A DNA stretch of 64,000 bases from Candidatus Cloacimonadaceae bacterium. GTDB lineage: Bacteria; Cloacimonadota; Cloacimonadia; Cloacimonadales; Cloacimonadaceae. A program made the position numbers and the translations under genes. The stretch covers positions 46,248 through 110,247 of the forward strand of contig JAXDBS010000095.1 in the NCBI GenBank assembly GCA_034678545.1. The letters run 5' to 3'. Positions 17,722 to 28,000 of the stretch are shown piece after piece. The notes under the pieces were generated by a model. The model saw only the letters and a program-made list of their open reading frames with translations. It ran no database searches and was not told where the DNA came from. Each line of letters starts with the position of its first letter. Positions within the stretch are counted from its first letter, which is position 1.

Positions 17722-18696
17722 GTGCAACAACTACACGAACTATTCATCAAAACCATTAGATGGGGAGATCGTCAGGCCTTCGGCGGCATGACCGTATTTC
17801 CCATCTTCACAAGTCAGGAGAAGGACCTGGCTTATCTGAGCCTTAAACAGGCCATAGCACAGCGGCTGCTGGTGATCACGGAGATTAGCGAGGGAGGCTC
17901 GGTGCCCAATCTCAAAGTCCAGAACAACGCCGACCTGCCGGTTCTGCTTTTGGACGGGGAGGAGATCTCCGGTGCCAAGCAGAATCGAATCCTCAACACC
18001 AGCATCCTGCTGAAGGAGAAATCGGAGGCGATCATCCCGGTCAGTTGCACGGAGCGGGGAAGATGGTCCTATGACCAAAGGCATTTCAGTGAATCAGGGC
18101 ATGTGGCGAGCGCGTCCGTCCGATCTTCAAAACTGGGCGATGTCGCTTGCTGCCTGAGGTCTGAAAGGTCTTTCAGATCCGACCAGGGAAAGGTCTGGCA
18201 AGAGATAGACAAGATGAGTTCGCGACTGGAAGTGAGATCTGGTTCCGACGCAATGAAAGACATGTACGACGCCAGCCAGGATAAGCTGCAGGATTACCTG
18301 GCCCGGTTTCCCCGCCTGGAAAGCCAGACCGGCATGGCTGTCTGTTTTGAGGACAGGGTAGCCGGTCTGGATGTGCTGTCCCGGCCCGAGGTGTGGGCTG
18401 ACCTGCATGAAAAGCTGATCCGCAGCTATGCAGTGGATTGCCTGGGACGCACTATGAAAGAAAGCACCTGCCAGTTGGAACAGGTCAGGGCTTTCCTGGA
18501 TAAGTTCTCTGCCTGCACACCCCAATCCTTTCCCTCCATCGGTTACGGCGAGGATCTCCGCTATGAAAGTCCCGAACTGATTGGGGCGGGTCTGGTCTGG
18601 CAGGATTCTTTCATTCATCTGGAACTATATGCCAGGTTCGGTCAGGCATCTCAGTATGACACCAGGTATCACAGTCCGCGCCACAGGTTCCATTAA
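17722..18696 (+). CDS. Uncharacterised protein, DUF6569/ARPP-1-like (tentative family assignment)
   Basis: GTG start with AGGAGG 5 nt upstream. The N-terminal block GGMTVFPIF...YLSLKQAIAQRLLVITEISEGGSVPNLKVQNNADLPVLLLDGEEISGAKQNRILNTSILL...IPVSCTERGRWS matches my recollection of the conserved core (LLLDGEEL.GAKQNR.LN...PVSCVE.GRW) of proteins annotated as ARPP-1 / DUF6569 family. Function unknown. Confidence 0.55.
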   Translation: MQQLHELFIKTIRWGDRQAFGGMTVFPIFTSQEKDLAYLSLKQAIAQRLLVITEISEGGSVPNLKVQNNADLPVLLLDGEEISGAKQNRILNTSILLKEKSEAIIPVSCTERGRWSYDQRHFSESGHVASASVRSSKLGDVACCLRSERSFRSDQGKVWQEIDKMSSRLEVRSGSDAMKDMYDASQDKLQDYLARFPRLESQTGMAVCFEDRVAGLDVLSRPEVWADLHEKLIRSYAVDCLGRTMKESTCQLEQVRAFLDKFSACTPQSFPSIGYGEDLRYESPELIGAGLVWQDSFIHLELYARFGQASQYDTRYHSPRHRFH

Positions 18697-18794
18697 TCCT
18701 GATAGCTGTAACACTGAACTGCGGCGGTAAGCCCAAGGAATCTGAACAAACTGACAGCTTAAGAACTCAGCCCTGTCCGGCTAACCGTTAACTG

Positions 18795-18832
18795 GAAGTC
18801 ATCCCTGCCCGCCGGGGATGACTTCTCTTCTG
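18795..18832 (+). terminator. Hairpin terminator candidate after the DUF6569-like gene
   Basis: gaagtcatccc-tgcccgccg-gggatgacttc (11-bp stem, 18795-18825) followed by the pyrimidine-rich tcttctg. The U-tract is imperfect. Confidence 0.45.
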
Positions 18833-18949
18833 ATCAGTACTGGTGAAACCTTAGCCTGCCTTGTAAAATGCCAGGCGGAAATCCGGAATCTGATAACTTA
18901 TCAACTGGCGTTTCTTGACAGAAAAACGTCCGTTTTAAAGAGGGAATCC

Positions 18950-19663
18950 ATGGATAAAACAAATGATCAGGATGAAGTTCAGTCGGTCGATGTAAAGAGC
19001 TTACTGGATGACTGCATTATAAAACACACCCGGCGTCGGAGCATCGGTTTTTTCCTGACAGGCGACAACCGGCTGGAAGTACGGGTGCCTCTGAAAATGT
19101 CCGAAGAGAGTGCCAGGGCCACGGTGGAACGGAACCGGAAATGGCTGCTTCAGAAGGTGGGAGCCATCCTGCAAGCGCGTCTTCCGGTACGGAACTTCCA
19201 GGATGGTGATATCCTGTTTTATTTGAGAGAACCCTACAAGTTGAAATTCGTCCACGGCCTCAATGATTACATCGTTTTAACTGATCAGATCTGCATAAAT
19301 TCCCATCTGCAAAACCAGGCGGAAAAACTGCTCACAGCCTGGTACCGCTATCAGGCAGGCAAGGTCCTGGTCCAGCGCACCCTGATGTGGAATGCCAGGC
19401 TCCTACTAAAGCATAGGCCGGTAAAGATCTCCAATGCTTCCTCCCGGTGGGGTTCGTGTTCCAACATGGGAAACATCAACCTGAACTGGAGGCTGGTCAT
19501 GGCTCCGCTGGAGATCATTGACTACGTGGTCGTGCACGAGTTGCTCCATCTGGAGGAATTGAACCATTCCAAGGCTTTCTGGGCCAGGGTTAAGGAAGTT
19601 CTGCCTGACTACCAGCAACGGCGTCAGTGGTTGAAGGAAAACTCGCATCGGTTGAAGCTCTGA
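18950..19663 (+). CDS. DUF45/YgjP-like (M48-related) zinc metallohydrolase
   Basis: WGSCSNMGNINLNWRLVMAPLEIIDYVVVHELLHLEELNHSKAFW, i.e. the WGSC...HELxHLxxxNHS HExxH signature of the YgjP/DUF45 family. Start moved to ATG 18950 (MDKTNDQ). Confidence 0.8.
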   Translation: MDKTNDQDEVQSVDVKSLLDDCIIKHTRRRSIGFFLTGDNRLEVRVPLKMSEESARATVERNRKWLLQKVGAILQARLPVRNFQDGDILFYLREPYKLKFVHGLNDYIVLTDQICINSHLQNQAEKLLTAWYRYQAGKVLVQRTLMWNARLLLKHRPVKISNASSRWGSCSNMGNINLNWRLVMAPLEIIDYVVVHELLHLEELNHSKAFWARVKEVLPDYQQRRQWLKENSHRLKL

Positions 19664-19988
19664 GGCCTATCCTTATTATCCTAATTGTAAGCAGTGAAGA
19701 TGTATTCTTGAGCAGATAATCCCTTAACTGAAGCTTTCCAGCTCAATCCGATGCTTGTGGGTGTGTGATACTTGCTTTGCGCACAGGAACCTGATGAGGA
19801 CCTGCATAAAGGCATTGTTTCATCAGAGGCACTCAGGAATTTGGGGTGGTTTCAAGAAAAAGATTTGACATAAACATGGCGCAGTTTTTTTTGGCATTTA
19901 CTTTGGAAAAATGATATTTGAAAAGTGATAGCGTGAACTGACCGGTAGACAAACTACCGGGTAGCCGGAGAAGTGGATCGAGCGAGCG

Positions 19989-20063
19989 GCCGATGTAGCT
20001 CAACGGTAGAGCAATTGATTTGTAATCAATAGGTTGGGGGTTCGATTCCCTTCATCGGCTCCA
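19989..20063 (+). tRNA. tRNA-Thr (anticodon TGT)
   Basis: Hand-folded cloverleaf: acceptor gccgatg/catcggc, D stem gctc/gagc, anticodon stem attga/tcaat with loop ttTGTaa, T loop ttcgatt, encoded CCA. Confidence 0.9.
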
Positions 20064-20071
20064 GAACTTGT

Positions 20072-20157
20072 GGAGAGGTTCCCGAGCGGCCAAAGGGAAC
20101 AGACTGTAAATCTGTCGTCAGACGACTTCGGAGGTTCGAATCCTCCCCTCTCCACCA
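20072..20157 (+). tRNA. tRNA-Tyr (anticodon GTA), long variable arm
   Basis: Acceptor ggagagg/cctctcc, anticodon loop ctGTAaa, long variable arm cgtcagacgacttcg, T loop ttcgaat, encoded CCA. Confidence 0.9.
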
Positions 20158-20173
20158 CTATTTTGCAGCGGTA

Positions 20174-20250
20174 GCGGGAGTAGCTCAGTTGGCTAGAGCA
20201 TCAGCCTTCCAAGCTGAGGGTCGCGGGTTCGAACCCCGTTTCCCGCTCCA
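20174..20250 (+). tRNA. tRNA-Gly (anticodon TCC)
   Basis: Acceptor gcgggag/ttcccgc, anticodon stem tcagc/gctga with loop ctTCCaa, T loop ttcgaac, encoded CCA. Confidence 0.9.
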
Positions 20251-20307
20251 TTGTTTTGCGGGAGCCGCCGCATGCCCAGGCAGTTGAAACCGGAGAGATA
20301 AACTAGA

Positions 20308-20383
20308 GCTCACATAGCTCAGCCGGTAGAGCACCTCCTTGGTAAGGAGGAGGTCATCGGTTCAAGTCCGATTGTGAGCTCCA
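20308..20383 (+). tRNA. tRNA-Thr (anticodon GGT)
   Basis: Acceptor gctcaca/tgtgagc, anticodon stem cctcc/ggagg with loop ttGGTaa, T loop ttcaagt, encoded CCA. The Thr-Tyr-Gly-Thr-tuf order matches the E. coli thrU-tyrU-glyT-thrT-tufB arrangement. Confidence 0.9.
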
Positions 20384-20548
20384 TGTTTTATTATCAGCAT
20401 CCCGGCCGGGAGTGACAAGAGGGATTTCCCGTCCGGAGAGAGTTTTTTGATACAATGCCAAACATAGATTTGGTATTCTGAACGGGTAAACTCCTCGTTT
20501 ACCGCTAACAACAGAGAAAAAAATGGATGGAAACATCCAGGAGGAACA

Positions 20549-21733
20549 ATGGCGAAGGAAAAATTCGTACGCTCGAAGCCGCACGTCAACGTCGGTACCA
20601 TTGGACACATCGACCACGGCAAGACCACTTTGACTGCTGCGATGACACTGTACCTGAGCAAGAAGGGTGGAGCGCAATTCCGCTCCTTTGACAGTATTGA
20701 CAATGCCCCTGAAGAAAAAGCCCGTGGTATCACCATTGCCACCGCACATGTGGAATACGAGTCCGACAAACGGCACTACGCCCACGTTGACTGCCCCGGT
20801 CATGCTGACTACATCAAAAACATGATCACCGGCGCAGCCCAGATGGACGGTGCCATCCTGGTCGTCAGCGCTGCCGACGGCCCCATGCCCCAAACCCGCG
20901 AACACATTCTGCTGGCCCGCCAGGTGGGTGTGCCCGCCATTGTCGTATTTATGAACAAATGCGACCTGGTGGACGATCCCGAACTGCTGGACCTGGTGGA
21001 AATGGAAGTGCGCGAACTGCTGGAGAAATATGAGGTCCCCGGCAGCGACCTACCAGTGATCCGCGGCTCCGCCCTCAAGGCGCTGAACGCTGACCCGGAA
21101 GGCGAAAAGCAGATCCAGGAATTGATCGATGCCATCGACAGCTATATTCCGCTGCCGGACCGTGCTGTTGACAAACCGTTCCTGATGCCGGTGGAAGACG
21201 TTTTCTCGATTCCCGGGCGTGGAACTGTGGCCACCGGCCGGGTCGAACGCGGCGTGATCAAGATCCAGGACAAGGTCGAACGCGTCGGCATCAGAGAGAC
21301 CGTGGAAACCACCTGCACCGGCGTGGAAATGTTCCGCAAGCTGCTGGACGAAGCTCAGGCCGGTGACAACATCGGCGTGCTGCTGCGCGGCTTTGCCAAG
21401 GACGACGTGGAACGCGGCATGGTTTTGGCGAAACCCAAATCCATAACACCTCATACCAAGTTTGTCGGTCAGACATACGTTCTCACCACGGATGAAGGCG
21501 GCCGTCACAAACCGTTCTTTTCGGGTTACCGCCCTCAATTCTATTTCCGCACCACCGATGTGACCGGAACCCTCCACCTGCCGGAAGGCGTGGAAATGGT
21601 CATGCCCGGCGACAACATCCAAATCAGGGCTGAACTGATCACTCCGATCGCCATGGAGCAGGGTTTGCGCTTCGCCATCAGGGAAGGCGGCCGCACCATC
21701 GGCTCAGGCGTGGTGGCCAGCATTATTGAGTAA
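20549..21733 (+). CDS. tuf: Elongation factor Tu
   Basis: [18 protein letters not shown] and NKCD GTPase motifs. 394 aa, full-length EF-Tu pattern. Confidence 0.98.
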   Translation: MAKEKFVRSKPHVNVGTIGHIDHGKTTLTAAMTLYLSKKGGAQFRSFDSIDNAPEEKARGITIATAHVEYESDKRHYAHVDCPGHADYIKNMITGAAQMDGAILVVSAADGPMPQTREHILLARQVGVPAIVVFMNKCDLVDDPELLDLVEMEVRELLEKYEVPGSDLPVIRGSALKALNADPEGEKQIQELIDAIDSYIPLPDRAVDKPFLMPVEDVFSIPGRGTVATGRVERGVIKIQDKVERVGIRETVETTCTGVEMFRKLLDEAQAGDNIGVLLRGFAKDDVERGMVLAKPKSITPHTKFVGQTYVLTTDEGGRHKPFFSGYRPQFYFRTTDVTGTLHLPEGVEMVMPGDNIQIRAELITPIAMEQGLRFAIREGGRTIGSGVVASIIE

Positions 21734-21787
21734 ACCGGGCGTTGCACCCTAAGGAAGCCAATCCATTGGAATGGTAAGGAAGACTGA

Positions 21788-21937
21788 ATGAGAGAGATCA
21801 TAACCCTGGCTTGTGAAGATTGCAAAAACCGCAACTACACGACCACCCGCAATAAACGTAAGCATCCAAACAGGATGGAGATCAAGAAGTTTTGTCCATT
21901 CTGCCGGAAGCATACACTGCATAAGCAGACGCGTTAA
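21788..21937 (+). CDS. rpmG: 50S ribosomal protein L33 (49 aa; below the ORF-track size cut-off)
   Basis: Hand translation: [49 protein letters not shown]. CxxC...CxxC zinc-ribbon L33 in the canonical position between tuf and tRNA-Trp/secE. Confidence 0.9.
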   Translation: MREIITLACEDCKNRNYTTTRNKRKHPNRMEIKKFCPFCRKHTLHKQTR

Positions 21938-21948
21938 AAAAGTGGCAT

Positions 21949-22024
21949 AGGATAGTAGCTCAATTGGTAGAGCACCGGTCTCCAAAACCGGGGGTTGCGG
22001 GTTCGATTCCTGCCTGTCCTGCCA
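21949..22024 (+). tRNA. tRNA-Trp (anticodon CCA)
   Basis: Acceptor aggatag/ctgtcct, anticodon stem ccggt/accgg with loop ctCCAaa, T loop ttcgatt, encoded CCA. Confidence 0.9.
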
Positions 22025-22060
22025 TTTTTTTAGCGGCCTGCCAACACAATGGTATAGATA

Positions 22061-22249
22061 ATGAAGATGTTTGACGGAATCATCCGGTTCTTTAAAGAAG
22101 TGCGCGCAGAGATGAAATCGGTTACCTGGCCGACCAGGGACGACCTTAGGGAAGGCACCGTTGTCGTGATAGTGATGTCCGCCATCGTAGCCATTTTCCT
22201 GTCGCTGGTTGACCTCGGATTTACCCAGGCCATCAACGCCATTTTTTGA
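22061..22249 (+). CDS. secE: Preprotein translocase subunit SecE
   Basis: 62 aa; FFKEVRAEMKSVTWPTRDDL followed by a single TM helix. Canonical position before nusG. Confidence 0.9.
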   Translation: MKMFDGIIRFFKEVRAEMKSVTWPTRDDLREGTVVVIVMSAIVAIFLSLVDLGFTQAINAIF

Positions 22250-22268
22250 GTGAAACAGGTCAGCAGTT

Positions 22269-22793
22269 ATGAAATGGTATGTTGTTCACACCTACGCCTC
22301 ATATGAGAACAAGGTCAAGACTGCTATAGAAAAAGGCTTTACAGGGACGGAACTGGGCAAGCAGATAGGCCAGATCCTTGTGCCGGTGCAGAAGACCTTT
22401 CAGATCCGCGACGGCAAAAAGGTGGAACGGGAGAAGAAACTCTTTACCAGTTATATCATCCTGGAAGCAGACCTGAGCCCCGCCCTGATCTCGGCCATCC
22501 GTAACATAGCGGGAGTGACCAATTTCCTGGGCCACGGCAAGGATCCCATCCCGCTGAGCGAGGAAGAAGTGAAGCGGTTGCTTGGAATTGCGGACAGAGA
22601 CAAGACCTCCAAGGCTTATGAATTTTTGCCGGGAGATATGGTAAAGGTGATCTCCGGACCTTTCACTGATTTCGAGGGAGTGATCGTCAAAACCAGCGAT
22701 GACGGGGCCAAACTGGTCATCAACGTCACCGTTTTCGGCAGGATCACACCGGTCGAACTCAATGCTGACCAGGTTGAGATGACAAAACGTTAA
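22269..22793 (+). CDS. nusG: Transcription termination/antitermination factor NusG
   Basis: MKWYVVHTYASYENKV NGN start and KOW motif GDMVKVISGPFTDFEGVI. Confidence 0.95.
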   Translation: MKWYVVHTYASYENKVKTAIEKGFTGTELGKQIGQILVPVQKTFQIRDGKKVEREKKLFTSYIILEADLSPALISAIRNIAGVTNFLGHGKDPIPLSEEEVKRLLGIADRDKTSKAYEFLPGDMVKVISGPFTDFEGVIVKTSDDGAKLVINVTVFGRITPVELNADQVEMTKR

Positions 22794-22841
22794 CCGGTAT
22801 CGCGCTTAGCGATCCCGGTCCAATTAAATTGAGGTGAGACA

Positions 22842-23273
22842 ATGGCAAAGCCAAAAGATGCGGCAGCCATCATAAAACTACAGCTACCAGCCGGCAAGGC
22901 GACTCCCGCCCCGCCGGTCGGCCCGGCCTTAGGCCAGGCCGGAGTCAATATCCCGGAGTTCTGCCGTCAGTTCAATGAAAAGACACAGGACGCCCCCGGC
23001 ATGGTTTTTCCCGTAGTGATATATGTTGCCAAGAATAAATCCTTCACCTTTGAGATCAAGACCCCTCCCGCTTCCATTCTGATCAAAAAAGAAGCCGGAC
23101 TGGCCAAGGGGAGCGGAGTTCCCAACAAAACGAAGGTGGGTCACATCACAAAGGATCAGTTGCGTCGAATCGCTGAGATGAAGATGCAGGACATGAATTG
23201 TCATTCCCTTGAATCCGCGATGAGTATGATCGCCGGCACTGCGAGAAGCATGGGTGTTACTGTTGAAGAATGA
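22842..23273 (+). CDS. rplK: 50S ribosomal protein L11
   Basis: [26 protein letters not shown] signature. Confidence 0.97.
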   Translation: MAKPKDAAAIIKLQLPAGKATPAPPVGPALGQAGVNIPEFCRQFNEKTQDAPGMVFPVVIYVAKNKSFTFEIKTPPASILIKKEAGLAKGSGVPNKTKVGHITKDQLRRIAEMKMQDMNCHSLESAMSMIAGTARSMGVTVEE

Positions 23274-23312
23274 ACTTCTTTTGCAGGAGAACGTATTCAT
23301 TAAGGAGAGTAG

Positions 23313-24017
23313 ATGAAACATAGCAAAAGGTACAAACAGGCCTACGTGATGTTCGACCGCCAGAAAAGGTATGACCTCGATGAGGCCATCCGAACGCTGA
23401 AGTCATTTCCGGCTCCCAAGTTTGACGAGTCGGTCGAGATGCACTTCAATCTGGGTGTCGATCCGCGCAAGGCCGAACAGCAGATCCGCAACTCGATCGT
23501 ATTACCCTTTGGAACCGGGAAAACGGTGCGGGTGCTGGTTTTTGCTGAAGGAGAAAAAGCGGAGGAAGCAAAAGCTGCTGGTGCTGATCATGTCGGTCTG
23601 GACGAGCTTGTGGAAAAAATCATGGGCGGATGGTTTGACTTTGATATGGTTATAACCACTCCCAACCTGATGGGAAAGATCGGCAAGCTGGGCCGGGTTC
23701 TGGGGCCGCGCGGGCTTATGCCCAACCCCAAAGACGGAACGGTCACCATGGATTTATCCAGGGCAGTTAAAGATGCCAAGGGCGGCAAAGTTTCTTATCG
23801 CATTGACAAATTCGCCAATCTCCATATCCCCACTGGCAAGCGAAGTTTTTCCGACGAGTATCTCAAGGAAAACATCAAATCCATTTTAACGGCAGTTCTG
23901 CGGGACCGTCCGGCCACCCTTAAAGGCGTGTATATTAAAAGCATTACCCTGTGCACGACCATGGGACCCGGAGTCAAGCTTCAGATTGCCAACGCCATGA
24001 TGGAAGCCAAGGGTTAA
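23313..24017 (+). CDS. rplA: 50S ribosomal protein L1
   Basis: 234 aa; L1 pattern ([23 protein letters not shown]...[10 protein letters not shown]) in operon context. Confidence 0.95.
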   Translation: MKHSKRYKQAYVMFDRQKRYDLDEAIRTLKSFPAPKFDESVEMHFNLGVDPRKAEQQIRNSIVLPFGTGKTVRVLVFAEGEKAEEAKAAGADHVGLDELVEKIMGGWFDFDMVITTPNLMGKIGKLGRVLGPRGLMPNPKDGTVTMDLSRAVKDAKGGKVSYRIDKFANLHIPTGKRSFSDEYLKENIKSILTAVLRDRPATLKGVYIKSITLCTTMGPGVKLQIANAMMEAKG

Positions 24018-24028
24018 AGGAGGCGGAA

Positions 24029-24556
24029 ATGGTGCAGGCATTTAAGTTAGATATCGTTAGGAATCTTAAGGAGCGGCTCCAGGACGCCAAGGCGATCGTG
24101 CTTGTGGATTATAAGGGAATCAACATCGAGGAAGTCAACCAGTTGCGGACTCGCTTCCGCAATGAGAAGGTGGATTACTTGGTTCAGAAAAACACGCTGG
24201 TCAAGATAGCTTTGCATGATCTTGGCATTACCGGCCTGGATGAATACCTGGTCGGCCCGACTGCACTTGCCGTAAGTAAAAATGACGAGGTTGCCGCGGC
24301 GCGGGTGGTGGTGAAATTTCTTAAAGAAGTGATGGAAGAAAAGGAATTTCCCAAATTCAAGGCTGGTTTCGTCGCCGGGAACGTGTTGGATGCCGGTCAG
24401 ATGTCAGCGTTGGCAAAACTGCCCTCCCGCGACGAACTGCTGGCCAAGGTCTTAGGAAGCGCGCAAGCTCCCATAAGCAGACTGCTGGGAGTCACCCAGG
24501 GCATTATCCGCAAATTCGTCTATGCGGTGGATGCTGTAGCCAAAAACAAACAATAA
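24029..24556 (+). CDS. rplJ: 50S ribosomal protein L10
   Basis: Start moved to ATG 24029 (AAGGAGG at 24017-24023). MVQAFKLDIVRNLKERLQDAKAIVLVDYKGINIEEVNQLR is the L10 pattern. Confidence 0.93.
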   Translation: MVQAFKLDIVRNLKERLQDAKAIVLVDYKGINIEEVNQLRTRFRNEKVDYLVQKNTLVKIALHDLGITGLDEYLVGPTALAVSKNDEVAAARVVVKFLKEVMEEKEFPKFKAGFVAGNVLDAGQMSALAKLPSRDELLAKVLGSAQAPISRLLGVTQGIIRKFVYAVDAVAKNKQ

Positions 24557-24580
24557 AATATTCTCAATGATGGAGGAACA

Positions 24581-24961
24581 ATGTCCGATAAAAAACAGCA
24601 AGTAATCGACCTGATCAAGGATATGACCGTCCTGGAACTGGCCGAATTAGTCAAAGACATGGAAGAAATATTCGGGGTTTCGGCTGCAGCGCCAGTCGCA
24701 GCCGCAGCAGCCGCACCTGCGGCTGGAGCAGCCTCTGCCGCAGAGGAAAAGAGTGAGTTTGACGTAATTCTGCAAAGTGCAGGAGACAAGAAAATTAACG
24801 TGATCAAAGTTGTTCGCGAGATCACCAAGCTTGGCCTGAAAGAAGCCAAGGACCTGGTGGACGGAGCGCCCAAGGTAGTTGTGGAAAAAGTCAGCAAAGA
24901 AGAGGCCGATTCAGTCAAAAAGAAACTGGAAGAAGTCGGCGCCAGTATTGAAGTCAAATAA
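24581..24961 (+). CDS. rplL: 50S ribosomal protein L7/L12
   Basis: Ala-rich hinge [17 protein letters not shown] and C-terminal domain [25 protein letters not shown]. Confidence 0.97.
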   Translation: MSDKKQQVIDLIKDMTVLELAELVKDMEEIFGVSAAAPVAAAAAAPAAGAASAAEEKSEFDVILQSAGDKKINVIKVVREITKLGLKEAKDLVDGAPKVVVEKVSKEEADSVKKKLEEVGASIEVK

Positions 24962-24977
24962 ACTCATCATCAGCTTG

Positions 24978-25019
24978 CAAGGGAATGGGAACATAAATCC
25001 CACTTCCCTTGTATTTTCT
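24978..25019 (+). terminator. rplL-rpoB intergenic hairpin (attenuator or partial terminator)
   Basis: caagggaatggga...tcccacttcccttg stem (one bulge) followed by tattttct. This is the same position as the known partial terminator between rplL and rpoB in E. coli. Confidence 0.55.
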
Positions 25020-25066
25020 ATGATTTGCAACTTGCCAATACCCACAGATTACAAAGGAGTGCGCTT

Positions 25067-28000
25067 TTGAGAACTATCAAAAGTTATTCCCGCATTAACA
25101 AACGGTTTCAGGAACTCGGTATTCCGCGGGTGGAGATCCCGGATCTGCTGGCCATGCAGGTCGAGTCCTTTAATGATTTTCTACAGAAGGATATCCATCC
25201 CCAGTTCCGCCAGAAAAAGGGACTGCAGGCAGTCTTTGAAAGCATTTTCCCGTTGGAGGACCCAAAGGGCAATTTCCTTCTGGAATTCATCGAATACAAT
25301 GTCCTGAAGGAAAAATACTCGATCACGGAGTGCATCGAGCGCAACTTGTCGTATCAGGCACCCTTGAAAGCCAAGATGCGGCTCACGATCTATGAGAACC
25401 GCGAGAATGAGCGGGTGGTCAAGGATGTCATCGAACAGGACGTTTTTCTGGGCGAGATCCCTTTGATCACAGAGCAGGGAACCTTTATTGTCAACGGCGC
25501 TGAAAGGGTTGTGATCTCGCAGCTCCAGCGTTCACCCGGGGTTTATTTCTCGGAAGAGAAGCATCCCAGTGGCAAGACTCTTTATTCAGCCAAAATAATC
25601 CCCTATAACGGCTCCTGGCTGGAATTCGATATCGATTTGCACGATGTGATGTATGTGCATATCGACAAACGGCGTAAGCTCCCGGTAACAGTGCTACTGC
25701 GCGCCATCGGTATCTCGGAGAACGGTGATTTGCGCGACAAGTTCTATCAGAAAGAGAAACTGGCGCCCAAAGCTGCCAAGGGCAGGCATCTCTACTCGGA
25801 TATTCCCTCCGATGATCCCGCCAAACCCCTGGCCCTGGCCAACGATCTGGTCAATGACGCATTGATTAAAGTCTTGACCGAAGCTAAAATCAACACCATA
25901 GAAGCCATAGACTATAATTATGAAATCGCCCGCAAGGTGCTGGAAAATACAATTGCTAAGGATCCCACAAATAATCAGGCGGAAGCCCTGGAAAAGATCT
26001 ATTCCATCATCAGGCCGGGGGAGGAAGCGACTCCGGAGACGGCAAAACAGATGATCGACCGGATGTTTTTTAACGAGAAACGCTACAATCTGGGCGATGT
26101 GGGCCGTTATAAAATCAATAAGCGTTTGGATTTAAAAGTATCTCTCGACACCCTGACCCTGACCGTTGCTGACTTTGTTCAGATCTTCAAGACCATGATC
26201 AATATCTACAGGGACGAGGATTCCATAGACGATATCGATAACCTGGCCAACCGGCGAGTGCGCACCGTGGGCGAACTGCTTCAGGAGCAATATGCTTCTG
26301 GGCTTTCGATGATGTCACGCATCGTGTTGGAACGCATGAGCATTGCCAATACGGACGATGTTAACGTTCACGATCTGGTCAACAGCAACGCCCTGATTTC
26401 AGTCGTGCAGTCCTTTTTCCTGACAGGCCAATTGTCCCAGTTCATGGAACAGACCAATCCGCTTGCGGGGCTGCGGCATAAAAGAGCGCTTTCAGCCCTC
26501 GGCCCAGGCGGCCTCACCCGTGACCGGGCCGGATTCGAAGTGCGCGACGTGCATCATTCCCACTACGGCAGAGTCTGTCCCATTGAAACTCCTGAAGGAC
26601 CCAATATCGGCCTGATCGTATCACCGGCTATTTATTCCCGCATCAATCGGTTCGGGTTCATTGAAACTCCTTACATCAGGGTCAAGAACGGCGTTGTAAC
26701 GGACCAGTATGAATGGATGGATGCTGCGGAAGAGGAAAAATATACCATCGCGCAACCCAATGTTGTCCTTGATAAAAAGAGGCGCATTACGGATGAAGTG
26801 ATCTTTGCCCGCCAGAAGGGCGAGTTCATTCAGGTGAAACCCACTGAAGTGCAGTTTATCGATGTATCTCCTCAGCAGATGGTTTCAGTATCGGCCGCTA
26901 TGATTCCCTTTCTTGAGCATGACGATGCTAACCGCGCTCTGATGGGCTCCAACATGCAGCGCCAGGCTGTGCCCTTGATCAATCCAGTGGCCCCTGTCGT
27001 CGGAACAGGCATGGAAATGATCGCTTCCTACGATACTTCCAGCGTAACTTTAGCTCCGTATGACTGCGAAATAACCAATGTCAATTCCGAATTCATTGAG
27101 GTCAAACCTCTGGATGAGAAGGACGAAGCCTTTTACCTAAGCCAGGGAAACAGGATCTATCTGAAGAAGTTCCTGCGGACAAACCAGGACACCTGCATCA
27201 ATCAGCGCGCCACTGTCAGAAAGGGTGACATTGTGAAAAAGGGGCAGCCTATCACGGATGGCCCCTGTGTGGAAGACAACCGCCTGGCTCTGGGCACGAA
27301 TATGCTGGTCGCTTTCATGCCTTGGTACGGATACAATTATGAGGACGCCATCATCCTGAGCGAAAAGGTGGCCAGAGAGGATACGCTGACCTCTATTTAC
27401 ATCGAGGAGTTGGAAGTGATGGTCCGAAACGTGAAAAACGGCAAGGAAGAACTTGCCTACGATATTCCCAACGTTCCGGCCCATGCCTTGCGAAACCTCG
27501 ATAAAACCGGTATCATCAGAGTCGGTTCAGTGATCCAGGCCGGTGACATCATCGTGGGGAAGGTCACTCCTAAATCTATAGAGATAGATCCCTCTCCCGA
27601 GGAAAACCTGATGCGCGCCCTGTTTGGAGACAGGGCGGGAGACTTCACGAACAGCTCACTCAAGGCCAAACCCGGGATGGAAGGTGTCGTGATCGATGTT
27701 AAGGTCTTTTCTCGCCTGGAAGAAACCGGGGATGTGGAAGAAAAGAACGTCAAGCTGATCGATACCCTGAAACAGGAGCTGAACGAACGTCGCATTAAGA
27801 TTGAAAACTTCAAGGAAGAGAAACTCTCCGCCTGCCTGGTGGGAGAAGTTGCCAAATCCCTGACAGATGAGAAAACTGGTATGTATTTCATTCCCGCCGG
27901 TAAAAAGATTAAAAAAGATGACCTCAAGCGGATCAACTTCAAGAAGCTGAACCTCGAAGTGGAAATGGTCGAGGACCGGGAAAAGAACATGCAGATCTAC

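Noticed and set aside
19887-19903. TGGCAT-N5-TTGGA upstream of the tRNA-tuf block as a sigma-54 promoter
   Set aside because: The -12 element has GG instead of the invariant GC, and a sigma-54-dependent tRNA/EF-Tu operon is biologically implausible.
19864-19910. A sigma-70 promoter for the tRNA-tuf operon (TTGACA at 19865, TTGGCA at 19888)
   Set aside because: Neither -35-like hexamer has a convincing -10 at 16-18-nt spacing (TTTTTG; ATATTT/TATTTG), so I did not list a promoter.
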